Of a stretch of DNA of 64,000 nucleotides, positions 37,275-47,837 are shown in pieces; the stretch's first letter is position 1, and every line of letters starts with the position of its first letter. This DNA comes from a virus (Duplodnaviria; Heunggongvirae; Uroviricota; Caudoviricetes). The notes below the pieces were generated by a model. That model saw only the letters and a list, made by a program, of their open reading frames with translations, made no database searches and was not told the DNA's origin. The stretch spans positions 58,569 through 122,568 of the IMG/VR virus record IMGVR_UViG_3300026549_000001. One strand, given 5' to 3'. The position numbers were made by a program, and so were the translations under genes.

Positions 37275-37927
37275 TATTTCCCTCCACTCGGTCTTGCAGA
37301 AAATAAATTAAATATTGGTTTATACAAATCCATATAGGCTTGTTCACAATATGTTAGAGCTTCTTTTAATTCTTTATCATGTGGTGTTTTTTTCGGAAAA
37401 CTCATTATGCGAACAAATTTAAGTTCGGATAGTGTATATTTATCTGCCATCTTATAATATTTTATTTCTACTTTATAATTTTTTATATCTTTAACTTTTA
37501 GGGATTTGCGCCTTATGCGTAATCCGTTTAGGTGATATTGTGCTGTTTTGAAATTTTCTTTATGTTGTTTTACTCGATTGCTTACATCAACAGACTGTCC
37601 TATATATAAACATTGGTCTTTACAAAATACCCCATATATTCCAGGGGCAGATGATAGTCGTAAAAAGGGCTTTTTCTTAAAAGGTAAACATTGATATAGC
37701 AAACTATCCTTTGGAATAATCTTTCCATCTTTATCATAATAGTTTTTTCCCTTTTTAGTAATTTTATATAATGGTTGTTTTAGTCGAGTACATTTAACAC
37801 ATTGTCCATGATTGAAAGTTGTTCGTCCATGAACCTTGCAATAATCTAAATGTTTTTCCTGAAAACATTCATAGCAAAGAGTATATCCATCTTGGATTAT
37901 TCGCTTACACTTTCTACATTTTGGCAT
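37274..37927 (-). CDS. GIY-YIG nuclease with N-terminal Zn-binding motifs
   Basis: CRKC/CYEC/CVKC; PGIYGVF...YIGQSVDVSNRVKQH. Confidence 0.8.
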   Translation of the reverse strand: MPKCRKCKRIIQDGYTLCYECFQEKHLDYCKVHGRTTFNHGQCVKCTRLKQPLYKITKKGKNYYDKDGKIIPKDSLLYQCLPFKKKPFLRLSSAPGIYGVFCKDQCLYIGQSVDVSNRVKQHKENFKTAQYHLNGLRIRRKSLKVKDIKNYKVEIKYYKMADKYTLSELKFVRIMSFPKKTPHDKELKEALTYCEQAYMDLYKPIFNLFSARPSGGK

Positions 37928-38103
37928 AAGCTATTATATACTTTAGGGAGTGTTTCAAACATTTCCCCTCTATGAGTGCAACATTGAATTCCACTCATAT
38001 CAGATAAAATTCTGCAAAATCGAACAACTCTTTCTGTATCATTTATCAATGGATGAAAATTACTATCAAACAGAATCTTTCTCTCGTTAATTAAATTCAT
38101 CAT
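37897..38103 (-). CDS. small hypothetical protein
   Basis: 68-aa ORF, AAGGA RBS. Confidence 0.4.
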   Translation of the reverse strand: MMNLINERKILFDSNFHPLINDTERVVRFCRILSDMSGIQCCTHRGEMFETLPKVYNSLCQNVESVSE

Positions 38104-38163
38104 CTATTCATTCCTTCAACACTATACAGTTGAATAATATTCCTTTCCTTATTATTAAATAGG

Positions 38164-38601
38164 TTAAATTAGTACCTTTCCAAAGTTCCTTTCCATAATG
38201 CTATATATTGCATTTTCAGGGCAATTATTCATATTGGAATATATATAGTCTTTTAATACTCTGAATCTTATTCCTTCATCCCATAACATAAAACAAGTAG
38301 CTAATATGCAAGCATCTAAATCACAGCCTACTATATCTATCTCACAAGTATCTGTTACAAATAGAGGGAGATTAAAAGCATAAGTGTCTTTTTCGACAAT
38401 CACATCACAAGGTACTAATATATCTTCTTTTTTGGCTTCTATAAAAAACTCATTTCTTTTAAAGTTAATGTTTCCACCATTAAAGAAAGTCCCCATAACT
38501 ATATCATATTTTTCTCTATTATTGTTAATAAATTCTACAACCTTTGTAGCTTCTTTGGTTTCAAATTGTTTTTGTAAGTCTATAACTAATAATATTTTCA
38601 T
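38164..38601 (-). CDS. isochorismatase-like cysteine hydrolase
   Basis: ILLVIDLQ, EKDTY, IVGCDLDACILAT. Confidence 0.8.
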   Translation of the reverse strand: MKILLVIDLQKQFETKEATKVVEFINNNREKYDIVMGTFFNGGNINFKRNEFFIEAKKEDILVPCDVIVEKDTYAFNLPLFVTDTCEIDIVGCDLDACILATCFMLWDEGIRFRVLKDYIYSNMNNCPENAIYSIMERNFGKVLI

Positions 38602-38602
38602 A

Positions 38603-38809
38603 TTAATATAACCTAATCTTAACAACTAAAGTATTATCTTCTATATCAAAAAAGATAACATGGGCGGGTTCATAAAATTTGCCCTCTTTAACAGAAGTTG
38701 CAAAGTAGGTAAAGCCTCCCTCATATACTGTTTCTTCTTTATTTACATCAATAACTTTGAGCATTATATTATTAGACTGACACGCACTTAAAAATTGTCG
38801 TAAATTCAT
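38603..38809 (-). CDS. small hypothetical protein
   Basis: 68-aa ORF, AGGAG RBS. Confidence 0.5.
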   Translation of the reverse strand: MNLRQFLSACQSNNIMLKVIDVNKEETVYEGGFTYFATSVKEGKFYEPAHVIFFDIEDNTLVVKIRLY

Positions 38810-38895
38810 TTAGTATCTCCTATTATTTAGATTATGATAAAGTGTAAAAGGCTAATTCCAATTCTAATTATACCCACACCTTAATTATGGTGCGT

Positions 38896-38926
38896 GAGGG
38901 GTATTACAGTTTACGCAATACCCCTC
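38896..38926. terminator. 10-bp hairpin in intergenic region
   Basis: GAGGGGTATT-11 nt-AATACCCCTC. Confidence 0.55.
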
Positions 38927-39011
38927 GGTTGAGTTTATAATAAGCAATAGAATAGTCTTTGCCTTTATAGTGCATTTACAAATAACTTCCTACTTCATAT
39001 TTCACACTTAT

Positions 39012-40205
39012 TTAATATACTGTTACCGTACAAGATTTTGTAACTCCATCACTACTTGTAAAGGTTACAGGATATGTGCCTTTAACAGAAAGATTGACTT
39101 GTGAATAGTTTACCGTTACCTGTCCACTGCTTGTAATACCATTTAACAACTGTTGTATCATCTGTTGGAAAGTAGTTCCCAAAGGTACTTTTATATCATG
39201 CACACCATTTATATATGGAGTAGATGGCGGTTTTGGTGTAGGTTTGGGAGTGGGTGTTACTTTAGGAGTTGGAGTAGGTGTTGGTTTAGGTTTAGGAGTT
39301 GGCGTTGGAGTTACTTTAGGAGTTGGTGTTGGATTATTTGGCTTTGGTGTAGTTTGTCCACCTTGAGATGGAGTAGGAGTAGGTTGTTGTGGTTTCGGTG
39401 TTGGTGTTGGAGAAGGTTCAATAGTTGGAGTGGGAGTAGGCTCTAATTTAGGAATAGAATCTCTTAAAGTCTGTCCACACTCGGAACAAGTATATTCTTT
39501 TATACCTTCTCTATCATAAGTAGGTTCTTGAATAACTTTGCCATTAACCCAATTATGAGTATGAGATGCAGTTAAATCATCATTAATTACCACATTAACC
39601 ACTATTGATGTTGACATTCCCGCTTCATCTGTTACCGTATAGGTCAACTCCTGTGTGTCTTTACTCCAATCAATAGTTTTAGGATAATCTAAAGTCAATT
39701 TTGATTTTTCTGTATAATTATCAGAATAGTCTATAATTAAAGATTTTGTGTCAAATTCTTCATTATCAACTCCTCTTGTTAAAAGCATAAGAGTTGAAGA
39801 TAATTCAAGAATAGGTGGAATATTATCTACAACATCAACTGTTAAAGTATGTGATATTTCTTTTACAGTAGTTCTTGCAATATATTCTACTGTATATGTA
39901 CCAATAGTTGATGTGTCTACTTCTCCCTTTAAGAACACTTTTAGATTATCTCTATTGATAATATAGTCGTGAGGATTAAACTCACTATAAACTGTAAGTG
40001 TTATTTTATTTTCGGGTAAGACAATATCCCTATTAGATATTAAATCTTTTATATTTGCAGAAAATATTAGTCCTAAAATTCCCGCAACCAATAAAACACC
40101 TAATACTATATATAATGCTATTTTTGCCGCTTTTGATACTTTTGTTTCACCTATTGTTAAATCCGCTTCTTTATTATAAATCCATTCTACTGGTTTTTGC
40201 GGCAT
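39012..40205 (-). CDS. membrane-anchored surface protein with Ig-like domains and a long Pro/Thr linker
   Basis: N-terminal TM; [34 protein letters not shown]. Confidence 0.75.
   Translation of the reverse strand: MPQKPVEWIYNKEADLTIGETKVSKAAKIALYIVLGVLLVAGILGLIFSANIKDLISNRDIVLPENKITLTVYSEFNPHDYIINRDNLKVFLKGEVDTSTIGTYTVEYIARTTVKEISHTLTVDVVDNIPPILELSSTLMLLTRGVDNEEFDTKSLIIDYSDNYTEKSKLTLDYPKTIDWSKDTQELTYTVTDEAGMSTSIVVNVVINDDLTASHTHNWVNGKVIQEPTYDREGIKEYTCSECGQTLRDSIPKLEPTPTPTIEPSPTPTPKPQQPTPTPSQGGQTTPKPNNPTPTPKVTPTPTPKPKPTPTPTPKVTPTPKPTPKPPSTPYINGVHDIKVPLGTTFQQMIQQLLNGITSSGQVTVNYSQVNLSVKGTYPVTFTSSDGVTKSCTVTVY
39226..39440 (-). repeat. low-complexity PT/PK-coding repeat
   Basis: [24 protein letters not shown]. 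Confidence 0.8.
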
Positions 40206-40208
40206 AAT

Positions 40209-41075
40209 TTACCTCCTTACGAATACAAAGATTATTAATCCCACCATTAAGAAGAAAGCTACAAAATCTATAATAGTATTAGCTAATCCTCCTGTTTTTG
40301 CCGCAAATGGAAAATGAACTCTCCACCATACTTTTTTAGCCCAAAATGCGGGTATAGGAAATATTAAAGGTACTCCCGTATCGGCAAAAAAATCCTCTAT
40401 GATATGGAATAAATAACCACTACCTAAACATACTCCAAGTATTTTTAGGTCAGAATAGTTTGCTGTAAATATATACACCAAAACAGCAACAGGAAATACA
40501 TAATTAACTATATAGGGTATAGGTATTATTTTCTTTACTCTTGCCAATACCATACTACTACCTATAAATGTTGCCATAAATGCTAATAACATAAATATCA
40601 AAAGAGTAGCATTTGTTTGTATAAAATATCCTATCTGTTTTGTTTGTATGCAAGTTTGTATATTTGTTATTATTGTATAATTTCCTACGGGTAATCCGAA
40701 ATAGAATAGTGCTATCAGTCCTATACCAACTATAGGAGTGTGCCAAAAATATCTATGTTGTGATGGCGGTTTTCTATCTCCTTTTAGATGATATACTGTC
40801 CAAATTATTGAGCTTGTGGACTGCATAAACACGGTGAATATGCTTCCGAAAGCTCCTAATGTACTTCCCGCTTTAGAAGTAAAATTATCAAGGTCAGGTA
40901 ATAATGCACCACCTACTAATATGACTAATCCCGCAATGAATAATAATATATTATCTTTTAATACCCAAAATGTTTTTTGAAACGGTTCAAGTGGAATAAG
41001 CATACACAGCATCATTAGTATTACAGATAATAATGCGTGAGTTCTACCCATCCATCCTTTTAATCTTTTATTCAT
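40209..41075 (-). CDS. YdjM-like inner-membrane metal-dependent hydrolase
   Basis: MGRTH, GALLPDLD, HRYFWHT, LFHIIED...TGVPL. Confidence 0.85.
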   Translation of the reverse strand: MNKRLKGWMGRTHALLSVILMMLCMLIPLEPFQKTFWVLKDNILLFIAGLVILVGGALLPDLDNFTSKAGSTLGAFGSIFTVFMQSTSSIIWTVYHLKGDRKPPSQHRYFWHTPIVGIGLIALFYFGLPVGNYTIITNIQTCIQTKQIGYFIQTNATLLIFMLLAFMATFIGSSMVLARVKKIIPIPYIVNYVFPVAVLVYIFTANYSDLKILGVCLGSGYLFHIIEDFFADTGVPLIFPIPAFWAKKVWWRVHFPFAAKTGGLANTIIDFVAFFLMVGLIIFVFVRR

Positions 41076-41091
41076 TAAAACTTTCCTCCAT

Positions 41092-41120
41092 TGAGGGGGT
41101 AAAAATTAAATACCCCCTCA
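41092..41120. terminator. hairpin after the 1389-aa gene
   Basis: TGAGGGGGTA-9 nt-TACCCCCTCA. Confidence 0.65.
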
Positions 41121-41131
41121 TTTGTATAATA

Positions 41132-44100
41132 TTATTCATCTATGTCAAACGGTAATGGTGCTGTCATAGGATTATCACTATTATTACCGTTATTAGAACT
41201 TGATGTGTCTTTGTTGAATATAAAGCCACCTCTATTACCACTCATTTCGGCTTCTCCACTTCTTACACGCCGTTTTTCCTCGTTTCGAGCTTCTTTTTCT
41301 GCTCTTTTCTTCTCCTTCTTGTCCTTTTCAATTGCATTATTTAATGTGTCTGCTTTTGATGGTTTTGGAGTTTCAACCTCTCGTTTGGGAACATTTTGTG
41401 TTCTTTCAACTTGTTTTGAAGTAGGTGTACTTTCAGACTGTTTTACTTCTTCTCTTGGATGTTGTTTTGGAGTTTCAGCAAACGGGTTATTAGCTTTTGG
41501 TTGTGGAGTTGTTTCAACAGGTTTTTGTCCCATATTTGCAAATGGGTTTTCCTTCATTGCTTTAGGGATTTCCTGTCTTTGTTGTTCAGGATTATTCATT
41601 CGAGATAATCTATCTTTTGCCGTTTCTTGTGGTACGGGTTGAGATTGAGATTGGGGTTGCGGTTGAGTTTGCTGTTGCTCCGAAGATTGAGCTTGTGATT
41701 GAGTATGAGGTTTTTGTTGTTCTGCCTTTACCTCTGGTGCTTTTGTTTCAAACTTAAACCTACCATTTGAGTTAGTGTTATCCTTTACAGAATCGCGCAC
41801 ATTCTCATTTTTTGACTTTGATGATGTTTCAAATATATCATTTGGGTTAGATTTCATAACTCCACCATTAACATTGTTTGTTGTGTGAGTTGTATTCTCT
41901 ATATCATCTTTTAGTCTTGGTTTTGTAGGCTCTTGCGGTAATTGATTAGATGAATTGCCAAATGCAACGCGAACCTGATTATTCAGCCTATCTTTATAGG
42001 TGGCATCAGGTGAATATCCTCTTCCTTCTTTATAGGCAGATGTCTGCTCTTTTTGAATTTGAGCATCTATTCTTTCAAAAGAACGAGTTGAGAATTTCTC
42101 CATTCGTTTAAGTTGTTTGTTTGTTGCGGTATCAAATCCCGCATCTAAAGCCATCTCTTGACTTGCACTAACTTTCGCATTAAGACTATCAAGGGTTCTG
42201 TAATCTTTCCTTGATGCATCATGAGTATCTATATACTTCTGCAAATCATCTCTTTTTCTCGTAATATCTGCGGCAACTTTTTTAGTGTGCAACTCTTCAT
42301 TATTTCTCTCATACTGTTTTTTAGCAAAGCTCTTACCACTACGCCCCGAACCGCGTTTGTCGCAAATCTGACGGAAAGAAGATTCTGCATTGCGGCGCAT
42401 TCTCTTTTCCATAGCATCATTCATATATGCTTCATCATAAACACCCCTTTGTGCAGATGCTAATCTCAATGAAAGCATTTCTCTACGATACAAATGTTCT
42501 GTGGTTACGCCGTCAACACTAACAGCCTTTTGTCCTTTTTCACGGAACTTTGCACCGTTCTTTTCTATCGCCATCTCATTTGCAACAATAGCATCTTCAA
42601 CAGCACGAATATATTCTTCATGTGCGGTGTTCTGCTCTTTTTCCAAAATAGCCCAAGCTTGTCTGTTAGCTTCTTCTCTATTATACATCGCTTTTTGTGC
42701 TTCTTCGGTTTCAAGAGCCTTATCACTCACTTCTTGTTCTATTCGATTTTGTACGGCAGTAGATAGCTCTTTACGATAAGCAGTTCTCTGTATTTCAAGC
42801 TCATGAAGTTTGCTTTCCATTTCAGAAAGTTCAGTCGCTTCACTTTCAGACAAAGTGCCATCAGATTGTTTTACGCGCAATTCTTTAAATCTTGATTCCG
42901 CGTTGAAAGTATCACGAGCAGTAGTAGTTGCCACAAGTTTATCATGAATAGCTTTTTCTTCTGCTGTTAGTCTGCTAACATCAAAAGTATCAGTTAGTCT
43001 ATCATAACACCTATTCAACTCGTCTGCTTTCATTGTATCTGTAATAGTATTGACGGTATTTTCAAATGCTTCATTAGCCTCTTCACAGGCATTACAGTAA
43101 GCATCATAAGCGTTAGAATTACCATCGGCACTTCTACGGAAGGTATCTTTAACTGCCTGTTCAGCATCATAAACGGAGTGTTCTGCATTAGTAGCCGCTC
43201 TATTTCTGCTATCATCTGCCGCTTTATTGATTTTATTCTTTGCGGCAATTTCTTCTTTCTTTGCCTTTTTATTCATCTCACGAGTTATCTTAAAGTGAGA
43301 TTTTTTATTTGCGGGGTTAGTTTCTAATGCGTTAGCTGTATGTCTTAACAAGCGACTTGTAAGACCTGTGGTTGCGGCGGCATATATAGGATTACCGTTT
43401 TCATCATAACCTACAACCCTCTGTTTCTGTGCTTGTTTTTCAAGCCCATCATTGACTTTACGCTGTGCATACTTACTCAATGCGGCTTTTGCCATTCTTG
43501 CTTCAGGAGCAATTTTTCTTTCAACAGAAGATAGAGCTTTTTCAATAGCCGCATCAATGGTTGCATTAAATGAAGCCATTACAAAAAGAAGTATTCCTGT
43601 TATGAGCAGAATAAGTATGTTGGTGCTTAATAGATAACCTACAATGTGTATAATAAGGTCAAAGAATAAAGCAAAAACTGTTATCCTAATAAAAGTAACT
43701 AAATATATGCCTAATATACCTTTACCATACTTTACTAATTTTTTATTAGCAGTACACATCAATAATCCACCAACAGGAATTGCTAATGTTGCTACTAATA
43801 ACATCATCTTTGCTTTAATTATTTTTAATGCGTATCTAAATAAACAATATGCTAATAAGCCATATATAATAATTAGCATTAGTAGATTTATTCCACCGCC
43901 CCAAGATGATGGATTAGCAAAGGATAAGGTAATATTTTCTATATGGCGTTTTACATTCTCATCTTGTGTTTCATTGTGACATCTTTGTAAGTAAGTTATA
44001 ATTTGACTTAACTTATCACTTTGAGAGTGAGAGCTTTTCGGTATAGTTCTATGGTCTTGCGTTAAACTCTCTGCGGGAGAATCCGCAAACCAAAAATAAT

Positions 44101-45301
44101 ACCCAAGATTTTCATTTACACCTTGTAATGTTGTGTTGTTTGCGGTATATACTGTATGCTCTTGTCCACCAAGTAGAATTTTGTAAGATTGCAGTTCAGC
44201 ACGAGCGTTAATAGCCCCCACACCAAAATTTTGAGGAGTAAGGTCTAATTCATCTATTTCTTTTACGCCAAATTGAGTACATATTTGCATATCAATTAGT
44301 TGTTTATTAACTAATGATATTTCACTATACATTAAGTCAGTAGACATAGAGCCATTAGTATTTGTTCTCCACATAGCAGTTGCGTTTGTGTCCTCTAATA
44401 CGGATGACATTAATTGAATAGATAAGTCTGAAACTACTGTACCAATACTTACGCCTTTTCCAAGAAACGCAGTAAGAACTAAACAAATACCTACTATTGC
44501 TACTAATAGTATATCAGAAAATAATGATTTTTCTTTTTTACTACCACGAGCATACGAAATAGCAAATCCTACCAATGAAATAACAAATGATACTATTGCA
44601 AACATAGCGAATGGGGAAATCTTAAATACTCCACCATCCCTTTTACCTACAAACAATTCAAATACAACATCGGCTAAATCTCCAAGATGAATTGCCTCCA
44701 TTATGGTTGTGATGTTTATGTTTTTAATTATTATTATAAATCTTATAACATAACTCATTAACCAAGCAAAGAATTGTTGCACAATGTAAAAGATGTTTCC
44801 AAATATTTTCAGCCAACTGTTATTTGCGTTTTCTAAAGCATATAGTCGCAAAGAATATATACCATTAAGGTTAATTTCTTCAAGTTCTCGCAGACTTACG
44901 CCCTCTTCAGCACTAAATTGACCCCAATAAACTCCCGCATTTGCAGGCTGTTGTCTAATAAAGGCATTTGGGTTGGTAGGTAATTTTTCAAAGCCCTCAT
45001 ACGCATTACCATCATCATCGTGTGTAACAGAATATGGTACTTCTCCTGTATAATAGACTAATGCTCTTTTTACACCATAGAGCATATCAAAGCCTACTGT
45101 TCTAATAACTATATCTGTTTCATTAAATGGGTAGGAATCTCCCTCTATTGGTTTGTTATCTATGCCAGTCCATATACGGTTGACATCAGATTGTGTAACA
45201 AATCCTGTTGCGTGAATATTCACCCATAAAAAAGAGAATAAAAAAACACCAATTAAAACAAAGAGAAAAACTTGTGTAATGTTTTTTATTTTGTTTTTCA
45301 C
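41132..45301 (-). CDS. large VirB6-like polytopic membrane protein with coiled-coil/low-complexity tail
   Basis: signal peptide, two TM clusters, long charged C-terminus; conjugation context. Confidence 0.6.
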   Translation of the reverse strand: MKNKIKNITQVFLFVLIGVFLFSFLWVNIHATGFVTQSDVNRIWTGIDNKPIEGDSYPFNETDIVIRTVGFDMLYGVKRALVYYTGEVPYSVTHDDDGNAYEGFEKLPTNPNAFIRQQPANAGVYWGQFSAEEGVSLRELEEINLNGIYSLRLYALENANNSWLKIFGNIFYIVQQFFAWLMSYVIRFIIIIKNINITTIMEAIHLGDLADVVFELFVGKRDGGVFKISPFAMFAIVSFVISLVGFAISYARGSKKEKSLFSDILLVAIVGICLVLTAFLGKGVSIGTVVSDLSIQLMSSVLEDTNATAMWRTNTNGSMSTDLMYSEISLVNKQLIDMQICTQFGVKEIDELDLTPQNFGVGAINARAELQSYKILLGGQEHTVYTANNTTLQGVNENLGYYFWFADSPAESLTQDHRTIPKSSHSQSDKLSQIITYLQRCHNETQDENVKRHIENITLSFANPSSWGGGINLLMLIIIYGLLAYCLFRYALKIIKAKMMLLVATLAIPVGGLLMCTANKKLVKYGKGILGIYLVTFIRITVFALFFDLIIHIVGYLLSTNILILLITGILLFVMASFNATIDAAIEKALSSVERKIAPEARMAKAALSKYAQRKVNDGLEKQAQKQRVVGYDENGNPIYAAATTGLTSRLLRHTANALETNPANKKSHFKITREMNKKAKKEEIAAKNKINKAADDSRNRAATNAEHSVYDAEQAVKDTFRRSADGNSNAYDAYCNACEEANEAFENTVNTITDTMKADELNRCYDRLTDTFDVSRLTAEEKAIHDKLVATTTARDTFNAESRFKELRVKQSDGTLSESEATELSEMESKLHELEIQRTAYRKELSTAVQNRIEQEVSDKALETEEAQKAMYNREEANRQAWAILEKEQNTAHEEYIRAVEDAIVANEMAIEKNGAKFREKGQKAVSVDGVTTEHLYRREMLSLRLASAQRGVYDEAYMNDAMEKRMRRNAESSFRQICDKRGSGRSGKSFAKKQYERNNEELHTKKVAADITRKRDDLQKYIDTHDASRKDYRTLDSLNAKVSASQEMALDAGFDTATNKQLKRMEKFSTRSFERIDAQIQKEQTSAYKEGRGYSPDATYKDRLNNQVRVAFGNSSNQLPQEPTKPRLKDDIENTTHTTNNVNGGVMKSNPNDIFETSSKSKNENVRDSVKDNTNSNGRFKFETKAPEVKAEQQKPHTQSQAQSSEQQQTQPQPQSQSQPVPQETAKDRLSRMNNPEQQRQEIPKAMKENPFANMGQKPVETTPQPKANNPFAETPKQHPREEVKQSESTPTSKQVERTQNVPKREVETPKPSKADTLNNAIEKDKKEKKRAEKEARNEEKRRVRSGEAEMSGNRGGFIFNKDTSSSNNGNNSDNPMTAPLPFDIDE

Positions 45302-45317
45302 ACATATCCTCCTTTAA

Positions 45318-46328
45318 TTATGGTGTATAATATTTTGGCATAGTAGAAGGTTCGGGAGTTTGGTTTTCGATGAATGTATGTGGTCTTTCTGAAACAATAG
45401 ACTTGCATTTTTTCATCAATTCTGCTAACAGTGGTTCATCCATATTTTCTATTGTTACCCAAGTTTTCCCGCCATCTTCTGAAAAGAAATAATGTGTTTT
45501 TGATAAATCCTCCCAAGAGATAACAGATGCAATTGCTCTACCTTTTGAAAAATCAAATGTTTTTAAGCAAGTAAAATAATTAAGAGCATCTTCATCTTTT
45601 ATAGCTGTTCTTAAATTTACCTTTGCATTAGCCATTAACTCATTGGTTATTGTATAATCTCTCATAGCAAATACAACTGAAACATTTGATATATCAGATA
45701 ATTTATTATATATTTCAGAAAGAGTAATGGTGTCATTAGTTTCTATAACGGCATTTGCTCTTACCCATAAAGTTCTATCATAGTTACCTTCATACATAAA
45801 AGCATATTCTGTCTTATGTCCTAATTTTAAAATTATACCATTATCATATACTCTAATCAATTCTCCTGAAGTATATCCTTGTAAAGAATATATAAACCCT
45901 TCTGCCTGTTCCTCTATCTTTCCTTCTCTACCACGGGTTATATAATATACTTGTGCTTTCAAACGATTATAAATTTTCTCACATTCTTCATAAGAAATAT
46001 TATCATCCCATAAATATTTGTGTTGAAGTTTTTCTTCATCTGATAGCTTATTATATTCTTCTATTGATACCTGTGATATTGGTTGTATATATGGAGTTAC
46101 CTCGGCAGTAGATGTTGGAACAGGAGTGTCTATACCACCATTAGCAAAAGGCTCAACTGTTGGTATAGGGGTATTGTTCTGTACTATATCTGTAGTTGTA
46201 GGAGTATTTTCTACTTCATTGTTTGGTGTTTTTTTATTTTTATTTATTCCGATAATTATTCCTATACATAATATTATACATATAGGAATTATTATAAGTA
46301 GTAATTTTATTTTATTATTCATATTCAA
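45318..46328 (-). CDS. membrane-anchored hypothetical protein
   Basis: N-terminal TM plus Pro/Thr linker. Confidence 0.6.
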   Translation of the reverse strand: MNMNNKIKLLLIIIPICIILCIGIIIGINKNKKTPNNEVENTPTTTDIVQNNTPIPTVEPFANGGIDTPVPTSTAEVTPYIQPISQVSIEEYNKLSDEEKLQHKYLWDDNISYEECEKIYNRLKAQVYYITRGREGKIEEQAEGFIYSLQGYTSGELIRVYDNGIILKLGHKTEYAFMYEGNYDRTLWVRANAVIETNDTITLSEIYNKLSDISNVSVVFAMRDYTITNELMANAKVNLRTAIKDEDALNYFTCLKTFDFSKGRAIASVISWEDLSKTHYFFSEDGGKTWVTIENMDEPLLAELMKKCKSIVSERPHTFIENQTPEPSTMPKYYTP

Positions 46329-46340
46329 AAATTTCCTTCC

Positions 46341-47549
46341 TTATGGTGTGATATTAAAAAACGGACTCTCTATATTAGTCTCACTCACACATCTAAATAT
46401 TCTATTAGGAACTCCTTGTTGTGTATCTTCCCACGGGCTTACTGTTACTTGTTTAAGCCTTGCGTAATAATTATTGTGACTACCTTCGTATCTGTTGGCG
46501 TGAGAACCAGGATATTTAGCTTGTACTATTTGACTATCTTGCCATCCATCTGTGGAGTTCCAATGTGCTAAATATATCCAAGTATGCCCTATTCCTCCGT
46601 GATTGGAAGAAATGCCCCCAATACAAACATCACCAGGCTCTATTGGTTCTCCGTGAGTTAATTCTACCCATCTACCACTATTGCCTCTAATTAAATATCC
46701 TGTCTGATTAAATGCAGTGGGTGTAGTGTCAAATACTTCATACCCCCCCAAACAAGTTGGGTAAAAATCATCTGCACCGCTCCATAAAACCGCTAAACAT
46801 ACAGACCAGTCACAACTTGCGTGAAGTGTATTTTCAGCATCCCAAACCCAAGTCTGTGATGTTCCAAAAGGATTAGGTGTGTCTTGATGTATTTGTAATG
46901 CCGCTAATAATTTTGGAACAACAGATAGAAAAGTATCTACTGTATATCCTTGCACATTAGCAAATTGTCGCACATCGCTTAACCCAAGTGTGGTGTAGGG
47001 TATTCGAGGGGTAGAAGGGTTAGATTCATCACAAGTAGCGAGTGCAACAGCGGCGGCGGCAATTGAATCATTACCTAACCCACCCATTAAATGTGAACAG
47101 TATTGTTGATACACTTTAGACTGCTTTACTTCATCGGGCGCAGTTATATCACAATAATAGTGGGGTGTTGCTTTTATCGCACTCACTATTCCGAGAACAG
47201 GCGGTACAACAGCTATAATAATAGTTGCAACAGCAGTTCCAATAGAAATAACCCATTTGAATTTCATAATGAATTTAGCGACCTTAATGGCAGTTTGCTT
47301 TATTTTATCTACCATTTGTTTAAGGTTAGAATTTCTCCATCTACCCTTAACACCTCTACCAAAGCCTTTGCCAACTGCTTTCATTTTATTTGCAAATCCC
47401 TTTTCTTTAAAGGCTTGCTTTATTCCTCTTGCAGTTTCGCCAATCACATGGTCGTCAATATGGTTTCTTTTAAATGTATCTTTTTGGGCTTTTACTCTAT
47501 TTTTTATTGCATCGAACCTACTAACATCACCCGCTCGTTTCAATCCCAT
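46341..47549 (-). CDS. CHAP/NlpC-like cell-wall hydrolase (VirB1-like role)
   Basis: central TM; ASCDWSV, PGDVCI, GHTWIY. Confidence 0.6.
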   Translation of the reverse strand: MGLKRAGDVSRFDAIKNRVKAQKDTFKRNHIDDHVIGETARGIKQAFKEKGFANKMKAVGKGFGRGVKGRWRNSNLKQMVDKIKQTAIKVAKFIMKFKWVISIGTAVATIIIAVVPPVLGIVSAIKATPHYYCDITAPDEVKQSKVYQQYCSHLMGGLGNDSIAAAAVALATCDESNPSTPRIPYTTLGLSDVRQFANVQGYTVDTFLSVVPKLLAALQIHQDTPNPFGTSQTWVWDAENTLHASCDWSVCLAVLWSGADDFYPTCLGGYEVFDTTPTAFNQTGYLIRGNSGRWVELTHGEPIEPGDVCIGGISSNHGGIGHTWIYLAHWNSTDGWQDSQIVQAKYPGSHANRYEGSHNNYYARLKQVTVSPWEDTQQGVPNRIFRCVSETNIESPFFNITP

Positions 47550-47550
47550 T

Positions 47551-47823
47551 CTACATACCTCTAAACGATGCTACTAATCGTTGTTTTTGTGTTTCAGTAA
47601 GAGCTGAACTCATTTCTTTCATTTGAGCTTTAATTGTTTCGGGCGATGATTTTCCTTGATATTTACTAATATCAATAATGGTTGCACCTCTATCTGTGTT
47701 TGTAGGGAAACACTCTGTTGTTCCTCCTATGTGAACACATCTTCCTTTGCCAACTTTATCAGGTGGTGCAGTGCATTTAGAGTAGCCGCCACCTTTGCGT
47801 GGTCTCATTACTCCCTGTGCCAT
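47551..47823 (-). CDS. small hypothetical protein with C...CxH motif
   Basis: SKCTAPPDKVGKGRCVH; AAGGAG RBS. Confidence 0.55.
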   Translation of the reverse strand: MAQGVMRPRKGGGYSKCTAPPDKVGKGRCVHIGGTTECFPTNTDRGATIIDISKYQGKSSPETIKAQMKEMSSALTETQKQRLVASFRGM

Positions 47824-47837
47824 AATATCTCCTTTTT

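Noticed and set aside
36429-40205. A sortase substrate near srtB
   Set aside because: No C-terminal LPxTG/NPxTG-type sorting signal with TM and basic tail was found in the window's ORFs.
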